A stretch of DNA of 36,746 nucleotides, taken from contig NW_014569438.1 in assembly GCF_000743755.1 (NCBI RefSeq), positions 1-36,746 of the forward strand. Reading direction: 5' to 3'. Positions 1 through 12,443 of this stretch are shown here, piece after piece. Position 1 is the stretch's first letter. Each line of letters opens with the position of its first letter. The stretch comes from Blastocystis sp. subtype 4. Taxonomy: Eukaryota. Under the pieces are notes generated by a model. It was not told the DNA's origin. It saw nothing but the letters and a program-made list of their open reading frames with translations, and did not search any database. Position numbers and translations under genes: made by a program.

Positions 1-79
1 GATGGATGAGGATGAGTTCCGAGCTCAGTTGAAGAGAGATCGGGAGAGAAACGAGGGAGACGATGAGGATGAACTGTAA
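1..79 (+). CDS. 3' end of a gene running in from the left edge; acidic C-terminus ending in -DEDEL, probably an ER-luminal protein
   Basis: Frame from nt 2 reads MDEDEFRAQLKRDRERNEGDDEDEL*, a KDEL/HDEL-like retention signal. It is followed by TGTTTGTT at 103-110. Confidence 0.6.
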   Translation, partial: MDEDEFRAQLKRDRERNEGDDEDEL

Positions 80-102
80 TTGTTATGTGGTTAAGTGTGG
101 AA

Positions 103-110
103 TGTTTGTT
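103..110 (+). terminator. TGTTTGTT cleavage/polyadenylation element
   Basis: Exact motif 23 nt after the stop of the first gene. Confidence 0.7.
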
Positions 111-164
111 GAATCAATTGTTGAGAACATACAGACCAGGTAAGTCGAGTAAGAAGCAATACAC

Positions 165-1058
165 TTAGATACGCTGCAACAAACCGCAGGTCAAACAAGG
201 AGTGGAGAAGGGAGAATGACATAAGTGAAGAGCAATCGTTTTGGGGTATAAGAACTCTTCGTAGATGCTGATAGAAAATGTCAAGTCGACTCGATTAATG
301 ATTGCATGTCTCAGTTGGGCACAATATCCTTGTTTACAATGAAAGCCTAACTTCGAAGCAAGCTCTACAAAGTCTTTTTCGTCCATTTCGTAGTCGTTGC
401 CAAGCATCATCGACATGTGAAGAAGTCCCAAAACGAGTTCTCTGCGCTCATTAGCCAAAAAATAGGTATTTACCGCATGTTGTTCCGAATTGAGCAACAC
501 GTATTACATCGAATATCCAAAACCACGTTACCATTACAATGAGCACATGGAATAGACAAATAACTAGTGGAAAATGCTCTTTCTAAGAGATATGCAACAT
601 ATATGAGTGTTGAAGCTGTTATGTGTCCAGGAAGAAAATCGACAATTGTTTTGAGAAGCTCTCTAATGCTCTATTAAAATCTGCAATCGGTACGAGTAAT
701 AGCTGTGGAGAAAAGCCGATTGTTGGAGGAGTACGACGCTCATTGAGCCAGGCTTATCCACCTTATGGTCATAGAATGCAAGGTCAATCTGCAAAGGTCC
801 CGTTGTTGAAGAGGCAAGACCCGCCGTGGCTTTGAACATACTCATGATCGACTGAACAAGTATATCTAATTATGAGAATGACCTACAATGATGAGTACCT
901 GCTGCAGAAACTTGGAAAACAGCTATGTCAGTAAGGAAGCGATACAATTCCTTCTTCTGTCTATTTGTTCCTCGGTTAATTACATGCAGTGCTAGTCGAT
1001 CTGACGAGATCAGACTCAGTTGTTTCTGATTCACTGTTGATCGCTTGATGCCCAGCAT
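165..1058 (-). CDS. Divergent cyclin-fold protein (PHO80/cyclin P-U-like), 3 introns
   Basis: Spliced by hand with GT-AG introns of 33, 31 and 32 nt. Reads ...ELLKTIVDFLPGHITASTLIYVAYLLERAF...MRELVLGLLHMSMMLGNDYEMDEKDFVELASKLG...LRHAIINRVDLTFSISIYEEF, resembling the PHO80-type cyclin box. Confidence 0.5.
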
Positions 1059-1386
1059 GATATCTTCGTTTCGCGGCCAAGTACCTTATTCTCTTGCTAA
1101 ATATCACAGGCAATACTCTGCGATAAAAACAATTTAGAGATGACCGTCATGTGACCTTGTCAAACTGATTGGAAACGACCCCTGAAACCCCCTGCGTACG
1201 AAATTGATACGGTATCTTACAAGAATTGATATTTGAAAAGGTAGTATTGTGCGAAGACAGGTTTGTTTGATGTGTTTTGCTAATGTATGTGGTAGCCTAT
1301 CCAAAGACAGATATAGTATGGAAATTGGGATTTTCAGATAATCTAAAACTAGTTTATGTCATTTAGACGTAGATATGGTGAACAGA

Positions 1387-4300
1387 ATGATGTTGCAACG
1401 AGTGCTTTCTTGGTCTAGAAGATCAAGACACTCTCTGCAATGTTTTTCTACGACTGCTATTGGTACAGAAGCAGGGAATAAGGTAATAGTTAGGTCAATC
1501 GAAATTGTTGTTGAAAGGGAAACTAGGAAGTGGTCTTAAACTGACTGTTGATGAGTATTATTGATTCATGATATGTAGGCCATTTCACGTTTTCTAACGC
1601 TTTTGGAAGATGGTATTAATCCTTCATCTATTCTCGTCTTAACATATCCATAGAAGGAGAGTGCAAATCCTTTGATTCCTTTACTGGACACAAATCGTGA
1701 GAATGAACGACTTCAGTTGCAAGAAATCGTGGAAATGTAAATATGATATTGGGAACTGATTTGAGTAGGTTAGCTCCGTTATCATCCATTGAGACAGAGA
1801 TTGGCGGGATCAACTCGTTTGTTCGAAATATTTGCAAAACGTATCCTGATCTCTATGGAGGAGAGGATGTACATCTCATTAATCATCGCGAAGCGTTAGT
1901 GACCTTTGAATCAAACCGTCATCTCTTTCTCCCCAATGGTTCCCTTTTCTCTTCCAATGCCCAGACGACTAGACTCTTATTAAAGAACATCAGTTTGCTC
2001 AAATCTCGTGGCATTTCTCCTTCGTCCTTCTCCTCCCAACTGTCTTCTTTATATCAGTCAAAGGATAAAGACATTTACTATCAAAAGTATTCTGCCCTCG
2101 CAACTGTGTATTCTCTATTTGATCAATGGCTTCAGGACCATGGTCTTATCACTGAAAGTGATGTACTTCAACGAGTTTTGAATGATCAAGTGATTCTTGA
2201 TTCTATTGCTAAGCAATACTCTCATCTCTTTGTTCTTAGTATTGAGACATTGTCTCCTATTCAGAATCAGTTCTTTGCATCTCTTCTATCTCTTTCTCCT
2301 GTTCAATCTGCTCTTCTAACACAACACATGTCTCTCACTTCTTCAGATCTCATTGACCCTTCATCCTATTATCCTTCAGTCTCATCTCTAACTCTTCCAT
2401 CATCTTGTTTTGCTTCATCTTACATCGATCTTTTGAATCGTCGTTATGGTGCTGCTTCTGGAGAATTCACAAAGAAACAGATCGATGAATGGAAAGAGGC
2501 AGGAAAACCACAAATGGAGCGAATGAAGGTTATTACATGGGATCAAACTTCTTCTTCGAATTGTGTCCATGTGAGTGATTTCTATTCTGGAGTGGATGAA
2601 CAAGAAGCTATTGTGGAGAAACTCAAGTCCTTGTTTGCTACACCTCTTTCCCGAGAATTACCTTCAATTCCCGCGGGTCTCGCTTCGGAATCATCAATCC
2701 AGCAAATCAAGCAGTACCTTCAGAACCGAACTGGATGTGTAGCAGGAGTGTTTTTCAAGTCTTCGTAACATTTCATCTGTTTAATGAAATCTAGAAAGGA
2801 AGTCAGTCAATTCTGTCATTTACTGGAACAAGAACATATTTCATATCGTAGTCAATCTGAAACCCAATCTGTACTCATTCTATTGAATTTGTGATGATTA
2901 GTTGTATGAAGGCATCAATGTACTTCGTTTCATTAATGATCCATTCAACTCATCTGCATCAAATCCAATTGATATTCTTCAATTCAAATCACTCCAGCTC
3001 TCTCCAACAACTATCAATACAATTATTCGTATGCTTGATAGATTGTTGTCAATTAGGACGAAGTCACCAACTTAATCAATCCATCTTATCAACTCTTCAA
3101 TCAATCCAAAACGATTCGTTTCTCTCTCCAAATGAAGCTCAATCGATCAAACGACTCATATCCATAACTCTTTCTCTTCACAATGATCTGCTTCTCTCTC
3201 CAGGATCCTATCTTCTCATTCAGTTCTATAAACAGATTCAAGAACTGCCTAATCTCTTAACTGACAGCCAACGTCAAGCTTCCTTACTCTCCTTGTTGAA
3301 TGAACTTATGTATCTCGAAGATGGCCATTCACCATTGCTTCCTCCTACTGAAGATCACTCTGCTTTCAAGAAGCTTCATGAATACATCTCATTATTGCAG
3401 TTTTTGCCTCTTTTCCCGTCAGGATCATTAATTGAACGATTACAGCATCAACAAGGTCATCCCTTGATGAAACTCCTTCTTGAAACTGAAGGAATCAATT
3501 CTGTTATTGATGAGACATCCAGTGATAGTGACCCTAATGTTGTAGTTGTGGGTACATATAATGATATCAGTCCCAATTACTATGATGTAAGGATTTGCCA
3601 TTGTGTTCATTCTAGTATCTCTTTCTCCCTCAACTCAATTCTTCTCGTATTCCTTCTCATCGTGTTTCTACAAGCAGTATTATCCCCGCAGGAATCATTC
3701 AGCATTCATCTCTCACATCTCCTGTGAATTTTATTTCTCTTTCTCATTCTTAGTACATACCGATCTCTCCAGATCTCTCTCTCTTCGCACAGAAACTCTC
3801 TCAATCACTCTCATCTCCTTATCTTTCATTCACTTCTTTCACTCAGAATGTCACCAACTCGAATCTTCGATTATCAAAGCCATCTCCCTTCCTCTCTATT
3901 CTCTTTCATCATAAGCCATCACTCAAATCATCACCTCCTCCTTCTCTTCCTTCTGTAACTCTCTCCTTGTCTGATGTTGATATCTCTGAGTTACAGAAGT
4001 TGGATCATGGAGTGAAACAGTGGCTAGTGAGTGCGAGTCGATTGACGAAGTACCAACAATGTAAATATTCCTTTTATCTCGATTATGTCAATTTTATCCC
4101 CTTTTTTTGATCAGTAGATTCAACATGCAGCGAAACTCCCTTCCTTGTATCTAAGTTATGGGATTGCTCTCCATAGTTGTGTTGAGGATTTGACACCAGT
4201 AAATGAGTTGATAGTTGTGAGATCTAGCTTATTTGGAAGGCTGGGCATTTACGTGAACGTGTTTCCCATCCTCCTACGGATCACAATATAATGGCTGTGC

Positions 4301-5000
4301 TAGATAGTGTGGCATCCGGTACTGAGACAGATGTGCTACGACATATACTGCGAGCCCATTGGAACCCTGATGAATACCAGCCAGCTACTCTGGAGAAGAC
4401 AATGAAACTGCGCTATTATAACGGTGTGTTGAATTTCGTGCGAAGAGAGTTAGAACGTGTATTTGAAGAGAAAGAAAGATTGCAGCCGATGCATATAGAA
4501 TCCGAGTTTGAGATTCCGGGAGAGGTTATGGTTGGCAATTCAACAGAGAAATATCTGTTACGAGGTGTGTTTGATCGAATTGAGGGGTAGAAATGGAGAT
4601 TGAGGTTGATTCATAGGAAGAATGGGGATGAAGCTGTAATTGTGGATTATAAATCGAATCCATCCAATAAGGAGATGAATGAAAAGTCTTTTGCGTTGTC
4701 CGTGAAGACATATTATGGATTACAGACGGCGTGCTATTGGATGGCATTCCAAACCCTATATGGAAAAGAACCCCAATCAGTAGGAGAAAGTAAACAGTTG
4801 ATACGTAGATGCGGTTTGAGAACATCGAAAGTGGAGTCCAATATTCACCTGAGCTGAAAAGTGTAGACACAAACAAAGTGAATGACTCGGTTAAACGGTA
4901 CATTCAGGGAATCAAAGAAGGGGACTTTACCCCTTGTGGGAATGAATTTCAATGCAGTCGCTGTGAATTTAGAAATACATGCAAATATCGGACAGCTTAG
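1387..5000 (+). CDS. AddB/AdnA-like protein: organellar presequence + degenerate UvrD/SF1 helicase + Fe-S PD-(D/E)XK nuclease; about 12 introns
   Basis: N-terminus MMLQRVLSWSRRSRHSLQCFSTTA. UvrD-like segments: LLLKGKLGSGLK, RFLTLLEDGINPSSILVLT, GGINSFVRNI, KQYSHLFVLSIETLSPIQ, LRFINDP, KPSPFL. Nuclease motifs: SASRLTKYQQCKY, YGIALH, LRGVFDRIE, IVDYKS, QTACY, CSRCEFRNTC. Confidence 0.85.
1644..1691 (+). other. U12-type AT-AC intron, 48 nt
   Basis: 5' ATATCCAT, branch-like TTCCTTTAC, 3' CAC. It contains an in-frame TAG (1651-1653). Removal keeps frame and yields ILVLT-NRENERL. Confidence 0.75.
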
Positions 5001-5082
5001 ACCCATTTGTATTTGTTCAACAAGAAACACATCTAATAACCACACAGATTCACCCATACGATAAGTCAATCATACACTATCT

Positions 5083-5320
5083 TTAGGCACCAATAAGAAT
5101 GTTATTGATGGGAATGTGAATCAACTTTACGAAATAGCCGACAAGTCCCATAACAACAAAGCCAACAGCAGTGGCCGTAGCGGTCTGAGTGAATTCTATC
5201 CTTCAATGACAATTCGGAAAACATACCCTTCTTATCAGGCTTAGTGCAACGGTTGACCAAAAACTTGCTGTCTCTGATGAAGTCCTTTACAGGCTGGATG
5301 ATTTCGGTCTCAATAGTCAT
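5083..5320 (-). CDS. SEC61G: Sec61 translocon gamma subunit (SecE/Sss1), 1 intron
   Basis: [68 protein letters not shown]. Confidence 0.97.
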
Positions 5321-5433
5321 GATTCGATAAGCGTTTACAGAAATGTGACAAGTGGAACCTAATTAATTGGGACTATGAGTTTCATTCATGGATGTCCCTA
5401 TTGCTATCATTCCAGTTTTATTTCCTGCTTATT

Positions 5434-8400
5434 TCACTCATTTAGATACCTTTTCTGTTTCTTCCAACAAAGACATAATTCATTCTCTATTCCTTTTGCA
5501 TCATTTGTTCTTCTAAATAGAGCCTGATATATTTCCACGAACAAACCTTTCTTGGTGGCATCCATGAACAAAGATTCCACTTCTTCAGGTTTCTCCATGG
5601 CAGTGTAGCACAAATACTTCACGTACGTCAGCAGCAAGGTTTTCCAGTCTTCCTCCTCCATCCTCTTCTCTACTTCAGCAAGGAACTTCAAGGCAAACTA
5701 GAGCTCAAAAGAGTCAACTAGAACTCACACTATAGTTCTTAGATTGATAACATACCAAAGCCAATTCAATGTTGAAGCGGAAAACAAGATCCGAATTAGT
5801 ACCAGCACTCTTAATCATATTCTTATATTGATTAAGCAAGTCCTTCACATTCTTAATGTCATGAAGTCCTTCTCCCAGTGTTCTTTCTTGATTGAAGATC
5901 TCTGATTCATTGATTATAAGCGAAAGGAATGAATCCTTCTTCAAATCATCTGATGAAGCAATAATCGTCTTTAACTCTTCTGTTGATACTGTGGAACAGA
6001 TCAAATCATTACTATCATAAATACAACAGTCAGTACCTACTAAAGCGAGAACACTATGTAATTGTAACTTTCTTTGGCTTCCTGATTCACAACATAAGTA
6101 AAAAGTCGCTTCAGATTATTCCTCTTCACCTTCACATTCTCTTCCGATTCAGATACATCAGAATGGATCTAGTATTCATTTCACTCTTCAGAATTACGTA
6201 ATCATATAGCGATTTCATAGCAAACACTTCCCAATTCCGTATATCTGAAGCATCGAGATGAACAGCATTAAGAGCAGCTGACGAACAGTTCGTGTCAATA
6301 GCACCATTCTGAAGCGATATTAGTGTTTGAAGACGATATGACGATGTCAGCATGGCATTGTGATTTCCAGTTTCAGAGAAGAGTTCATTATATTGCTATT
6401 CATGAGGAAACATGACAACTGTCACATCAAAACTCTGAATCAGATTCGAAATCAGCAGTTGACCATAATCATAAGCAATTTGATAACTGACATTCCCGCG
6501 GGAATTTAAATAATCATCAACCATAGTGGAATAATAGAGATACTGATACTGGACATTATACTGATCAAGATGAAGAAGCTACACTTAAGAAACAATCAGA
6601 ATCTTACTTTCAGCGCCTTTATCAAGTGATCATTGTGATCATTGATGATGATATGTAATTCTTGTTGTTCCTTCTCTCGCTCAGTCTTTAGCTGAATGAC
6701 TTCTGTCTCATCACCTTGTAAGTATGCAGCCAGACTACCTTCTCGTTTTATGAAGGAGTGAGTGGTGTCTACCACTGTGTGAGTGTGTTTGCAACGACAC
6801 TGAATGAACTCCTGCAGGAGTTTCGCCGTAGCGCATGTAGCTGAGTCATCTACAGCCTCGTTGAGAATGGTATCACAGGTAGCAGAAGCCTGTGTGAAGA
6901 GATGCAAACGAATGAAGGTACGAGCAGCGAGGAGATGAAGACGAGGATTGGCAGATTGAAGGAGGAAGTTAGCAGATTGAAGGAGAAGTGACTGTGTTCG
7001 CGATGAGAGTGGACCTGTACTAGGAATGAGAGAAGAAAAGGAGAATGACGATAGCAAGGTGAAGAGAGTGTGACTCTCCAGAGAGAAGGCAGTGAGACAA
7101 CATGTTTCAGCAAGTTGAAGAGAAAGAGAAGGATTTGAATCATAGGTATAGTGATAAAGACTCTCAAGGAAGAGGAGATCAGCATTACTAGAAGACTGAC
7201 TACGACCTCGTTTGATAATCTCAACAGCCTTCTCAGGTTGGTTCTCTTGGAGTAAACTAAGAATGATGATGATATGAAGAGGATACAGAATGGCATACAA
7301 AGCATACACAAGACCTGGGTCAGTTCGAATCTGATCACGATACATTCGCTGTAAGGAGATGCACTCAATAAGGGCTTGCTCTTTAATTACACGACGAGGA
7401 TCAAGTTGCGACAAACATAGCCACAAACGAGCCAATTCATCAACATAAGTATCAGCACTATCAGTGTTCTCAATCAGAGAATGAATCAAATGATGAACAG
7501 AATGAAGGAGGATCTGATTGTTAAGAACACGTTGAACAATACTTCTTCATTCAGAGTGATCCTAATGGGAGTTTCATTAGTATTGGATTCACTCTCCTTG
7601 CTCTCATCAATGCTTGATACTGTGAAGCTCTTTGATGATGATTCCAGCATCATCACTTCATCACACATCAAATCCGTCCTATTATTGGAATTCCAAAAAT
7701 ATCTATACCAAATTGACATATTCGCAGGATCCAGGAATAGTCGACGTTGATTCAAGAGATGACGTTCACGGTTATATCGCTTATCTGGGAGAACTACATC
7801 AAATCCTCATTATTCCCCATACCTTGCAGATCACAAGTGATTGCCTGTAGTTGTCTCAAAACATTCAATTTCAGTTGAAGTAGTGAATCTGAAACTCCCA
7901 ACATCTTGAATTCAATTGATCCTCATATCCTCACTTCAATACCCTTATCAACATGATTCAGAGCATTCTTCAGACATTCCTGACTGTATCCAATACAACC
8001 CTGGGATGCTTGTTCCATTCCCAGGTAGTAATAACAACGACTCCAATGAAACTCCTGAACAGATCCCAAAAAAGGAGTTTCAGTTGGCAGAAGAGAATGA
8101 GTGAGAAATACAAGTTCCTCTGTGAAGAGAAGCGAACGACACATAATCTGCAGTTTGATTGGAATAACAACAATACCTCCGATTTTAACAATATACACTC
8201 AAGCCAGAATTTCTCAATTTCATTACTTTCTGTGGTTACAATAGGCGTTTCATTCACACCACACTTCTGTTCTAACATTTCCAGAGTCATATCGACCGTC
8301 CTCAGAGAAGCTCCTAATCGATTGAGAGCGAAGTAACATTCACTCTGACTCTTGCTGTAATGAGCCACAGTCAGCCAATGTTGTGTGTCCTGTGCCTGAG

Positions 8401-10615
8401 CCGAAGCGAGAGTGATTAGTTTCTGATAGATCATTGTGGCGTTCGCATAGTCTTGAATATGATAATAGACAGGGGCAAGATATGAAGTGAGTAAGAGAGC
8501 AAAGGAATCTGAAAGAGTTGTGCTGAGGAGGGAAGATCCACTTGGTATAAGAGAGAGACTATTTGTGTACGTGGCAATTATAGCATCCCATGCATGAAGA
8601 TGCTGACAACATGATAAGTATCCCTTCATGGCTTCTTCATGTTTCTTCTGCTTCTCTAATATCTTCTTATAAATTCTATCCATTAGATGTTCAGTGATTA
8701 TTTACTTTGATCCTCGATCATAATCATGAACACATGTCTCATAAATAGATGCCAGAAATAGGAGGGTTTTTGAGTATGTTAGTTCATTACGGATTTGTCG
8801 GATAACAGTTTCTAAGCTATCCTGATCGGATTCCTGTTGAGTCAGTTGTTGTAAAGCAAGTGTCAGTGGTTCCAACAGAGGAGTGATACTCTCTCCTTCA
8901 GACCACTGCTGGCGTCGCTTATAACATGAGTACAATAAGCTAACAGGAGACTGTGACTCAGAGAGACGTGAATGAATTTTCTCAGCCATCGCATGATCAT
9001 TCTATGCATAATCATCACGTTCTAGGTCAATACAGCATAGATTGAACACAACAAGGCTGACTCCAAAAGGGATGTATCCTCTGTTTCCAACAACTAGAGA
9101 TAAACTGATTCAACGAGTATAACAGGCTCAAATATTCGCATTCCTTCCAGACTCTGACCGTCTGCTGTCAATGCCACTCCCTTCAACTCATCAATCATCG
9201 TATTTGAAGTTGTTGTTGGATACAATTGAATCAATTCATTAGTACTAGATAAGAAGCAACTAACTCAGAATACACAACCGTAATTCGAGACGAATCATTA
9301 GAACGAATTCGAAAAAGTAACTCCAGTTCCTTCAAATATCTTCGTTCACGGGAATATTCCGGTTTTAATGTATTGTAGGCACGTTCCAAATATTGCTGTT
9401 CTGCTTCCATATTCAAATCATTCTTAGAAGCCAATCCTACAGATAAACGAACAATAACGCAAGTTACCAAGATTTATGTACACACAACTTGCTTCCACAT
9501 TATTTGCTATCAGTAAAGTATTCATAACCGAGTAGTAATTCTAACAGATGAAAATCAGGGAAATTTCATACAATGCCTTTTGTCTCCATTTCTCGTTTCG
9601 CATATTCCATGCTATAAAGACGAATATAGGGAGTAATTTTGGCGTCTTGAAGAATCAAGAAGCCTTTATCTGCTAACGATTGGCGTTCAGAAAGAGAGAG
9701 ATAATGATCATCCGTATGAGCGAAGGAAAGACGTGTTTCGATGAATGCTGCTTGTAGTGAAGTACCTTCAAGAAGAGCTGATAACTCGGAAATCTCTTTG
9801 GACTAGAGATCAAAGTGATAGTTCGGTCTAACATTGTTTGACGTTGCAAAAAGGAAAGCTGAAAGTTTGTTTACGAATGTCGCAGTAGAAGAGGAGGAAA
9901 GATGACGAACTGATTTCTGGAACATAAGTTGAAGAATCTCCAATCCTAATTCTACATCTCTTTGTGTCGAAATTGAGAGGAAATCCTGTTCATGAACTCA
10001 GTTCCGAGTGATTACTAGATACTCCGAATACTTGAGTAAAGCACCGTCTCGATTCTCATGCGACAAATCAGGAATGAAGAGAATCTCCTGGAGAATTGCT
10101 ACCACCTCTTTACTATTTCCTTCCTAACTATGAACCCTACCTCTAGTCCATACCGAATCATAGACTTTAAGCAACTTTTTGTAATCTCGGACGAGATCAG
10201 GAGACTGATCTCTCTTTTCCTTAGCAATGATCTTGCTCAAATACAATTTTGTCAGCTTTGAATCATCCATTCGGATTCCAATTTCTGATAAATACCGAAG
10301 CGAATTCATATGTTCAGCATCATAGTTCAATGCACTCTCAAAAGCAGTTTTGGCTTTCGCATACTAATATTTATTGTCAATAATACAGAAATGTACATTT
10401 TCAAGAGAAAAATATGCAACTCCCGTTGAATAAGCCACAAACAAACTATTTTTTCCCTTCATTCTCTCCTATGCATAAAAATAGTCATTTACAATAACGA
10501 TATCACAAGTATCTACTACTTCCTTGTATTTCTTGGCTTTCAGTAAAGCAGTAATCTTCTGATAGTGATCAATGGGGTACAAAAGAATTACTTTCTTCAC
10601 TTCAGCATTACTCAT
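5434..10615 (-). CDS. Large multi-exon TPR/alpha-solenoid protein, SKI3/TTC37-like; 3' end may instead be at 5478
   Basis: N-terminus MSNAEVKKKITALLKAKKYKEVVDTCDIVI...GVAYFSLEN...AKTAFESALNYD resembles the SKI3/TTC37 start. Helical TPR-like exons join in frame through ~30-nt GT-AG introns at the junctions checked (not all were traced). Confidence 0.6.
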
Positions 10616-10778
10616 AGTTCCTCGATAAGTATTAGCGAGATATTGAAAGCAGCAACAAAATTGGGCCTTTTTCTGTCAGCTCATTTTTCTCTTGATTGAG
10701 AAGATTGTTAATGTTGATTCCTTCGTGACCGAACTGGTACAGTTTATATTACTTTCACTGATCACTCGATAGTCATTC

Positions 10779-12437
10779 ATGTTTGTTGTATGCCAGGAAG
10801 TCTCTCCATGTATAAAACCATCGCTTTACAACATGGCAATTGCATGTCAGGAATCTAAGATTGGTTACATTGGAATGACTGATGCTTTTCATATGTTACA
10901 GTTGGAAGATGGAAAGGAAATACGCGCTATTGAGGGTTCTATTGCTGTGGATACAAGTGAGGATGGAGTTGTGATTGCCAGAGTATCCACTTCTTCAGTA
11001 GATTTGTTGATACGAAGGGAAGGAAATTTGTGTTCATCAACAGATTCAGTGGATTTGTTTGCAGATCGTGAGACAGTATCGTTTCCACGTCCCATAGATG
11101 TCTCTTCTATTCGCATATTCCATTTAGATCATGAATGTTTGGCATAGTTGCGTTTCTTGATTGGTAGCATATCTTGTTGTGTTGTATGGTGGAATTACTC
11201 TGTCTGTTGGTTTCTTTAATTCTCTCAGTCACGCATTCATGATCCAACCCATTAATACCACTGTTCGCTGTAGTCTTGTTGACTATTCTCCCAAAGGTCC
11301 TTTGCTTTGTACTGCTATGTTGGGTAGTAAATATAGGTTGTTGTAATCATAGATGGCTCGATTAGTCAATGGAAAGTGGTTTCTTCTTGTCGGTTAGAAT
11401 ACTGTGGAATCATATCGATTTCGACACTCCGGATCACTGGAATGACGATCCAGGATTATCCCAACATAGCAATCAGTATGGATGGTTGATTCGTTACATA
11501 TAGCAACCTGGGAAGGAGATATCTATTACGGCAATGTCAAGAGTGGATTGGAGCAGAAACATTTCCCAGTTTCTTTAAAGGAGGGAAATGTCTCTGGTTA
11601 GAATTCAATCTCTTGTTGATTGGTAGATTACTGTGGTTCATTTATTCAGTATTGTTCAGAAAAACAAGTCTATATCGTTTCACGAGCAGTGGGAAAGGAA
11701 TTATTGATATTCGACAGAACAATGGGTGACACATTTCAGTCCTTTTTTAGTCAATAGAAATCATGCTATCACATTTCATATTTGATGATTTCTTCCGCGG
11801 AATAGCTGTAGTTGCTTCTCATTCTCTTCTCTCATTCTATGGACTCACAAATCGGTTCTTGTATAAGTTTCAAGTGTTCATCGAGAATGAACATCAATCA
11901 GCTGTTCATCACCTCAGTCGAAAGAATGCAGTACCAAAACTGCCATGGCTCATTTGTTCGCATCCTACCTATTCACATACATTGTATCATCTTATTGAAT
12001 GTATCATTTGTAGAATCAGAGGATCACACAGCATTTTTGTATCTGAGCCTATTATAGCTACTTGTGAGATCCAAAAAACATTTTTAGTGTTCACATCTTG
12101 TCGTTTCCTTGTTTTCACCGATTCTTTCCAGTTTCAGCAGAATCACTCCTTTTCTGGAGTTAAAGAAGCTTCCATTTTTGCAGTGTCCTGTTGCGAATTT
12201 CTGTTAATAGGGAATGAACTTGATGCCAATGGAAGTGTTTCTGGATTCTATATGAAAGGAGAACTTCGATTGAATAGTCTTCTGATTGGTCCACTGACTC
12301 GTTTGTCTCCACTTTGTGGGGATGTGTTTACCATTTCCAATGTAACTCAAACCGAGATTTATTTTCATGTATGTCATTTTGTTATGAATTCATAGGAAGG
12401 GAATCAAACACAATTCAACAGAGACCGTTCCATTTAG
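10779..12437 (+). CDS. Uncharacterised multi-exon protein, beta-strand rich (possible beta-propeller); start uncertain
   Basis: ORFs 10779, 11161 and 11763 are linked by ~30-nt GT-AG introns. The last exon ends EGNQTQFNRDRSI*, followed by TGTTTGCT. Confidence 0.55.
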
Positions 12438-12443
12438 TTATAT

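Noticed and set aside
1069..1078. E2F-like TTTCGCGG upstream of the cyclin-like gene (also TTCCCGCC near 24024)
   Set aside because: Short imperfect matches expected by chance, with no supporting conservation visible.
1651..1653. In-frame TAG suggesting stop-codon reassignment or readthrough
   Set aside because: It is explained by the AT-AC intron. The similar TAG at 663-665 is an ordinary intron acceptor. The conserved genes traced (YqhD, Rab5, RPL23A) have no in-frame stops after splicing, and TAG serves as a real terminator in other genes.
3700..3970. CT-rich low-complexity tract resembling a microsatellite or non-coding spacer
   Set aside because: An open frame with recognisable UvrD C-terminal motifs (LFAQKLSQ, KPSPFL) runs through it. 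It reflects Ser/Leu/Pro codon bias, not a tandem repeat.
4020..5000. Cas4-like nuclease implying a CRISPR system or casposon
   Set aside because: No repeat-spacer array, cas genes or terminal repeats are present. The domain is fused to a UvrD-like body in an intron-rich nuclear gene.
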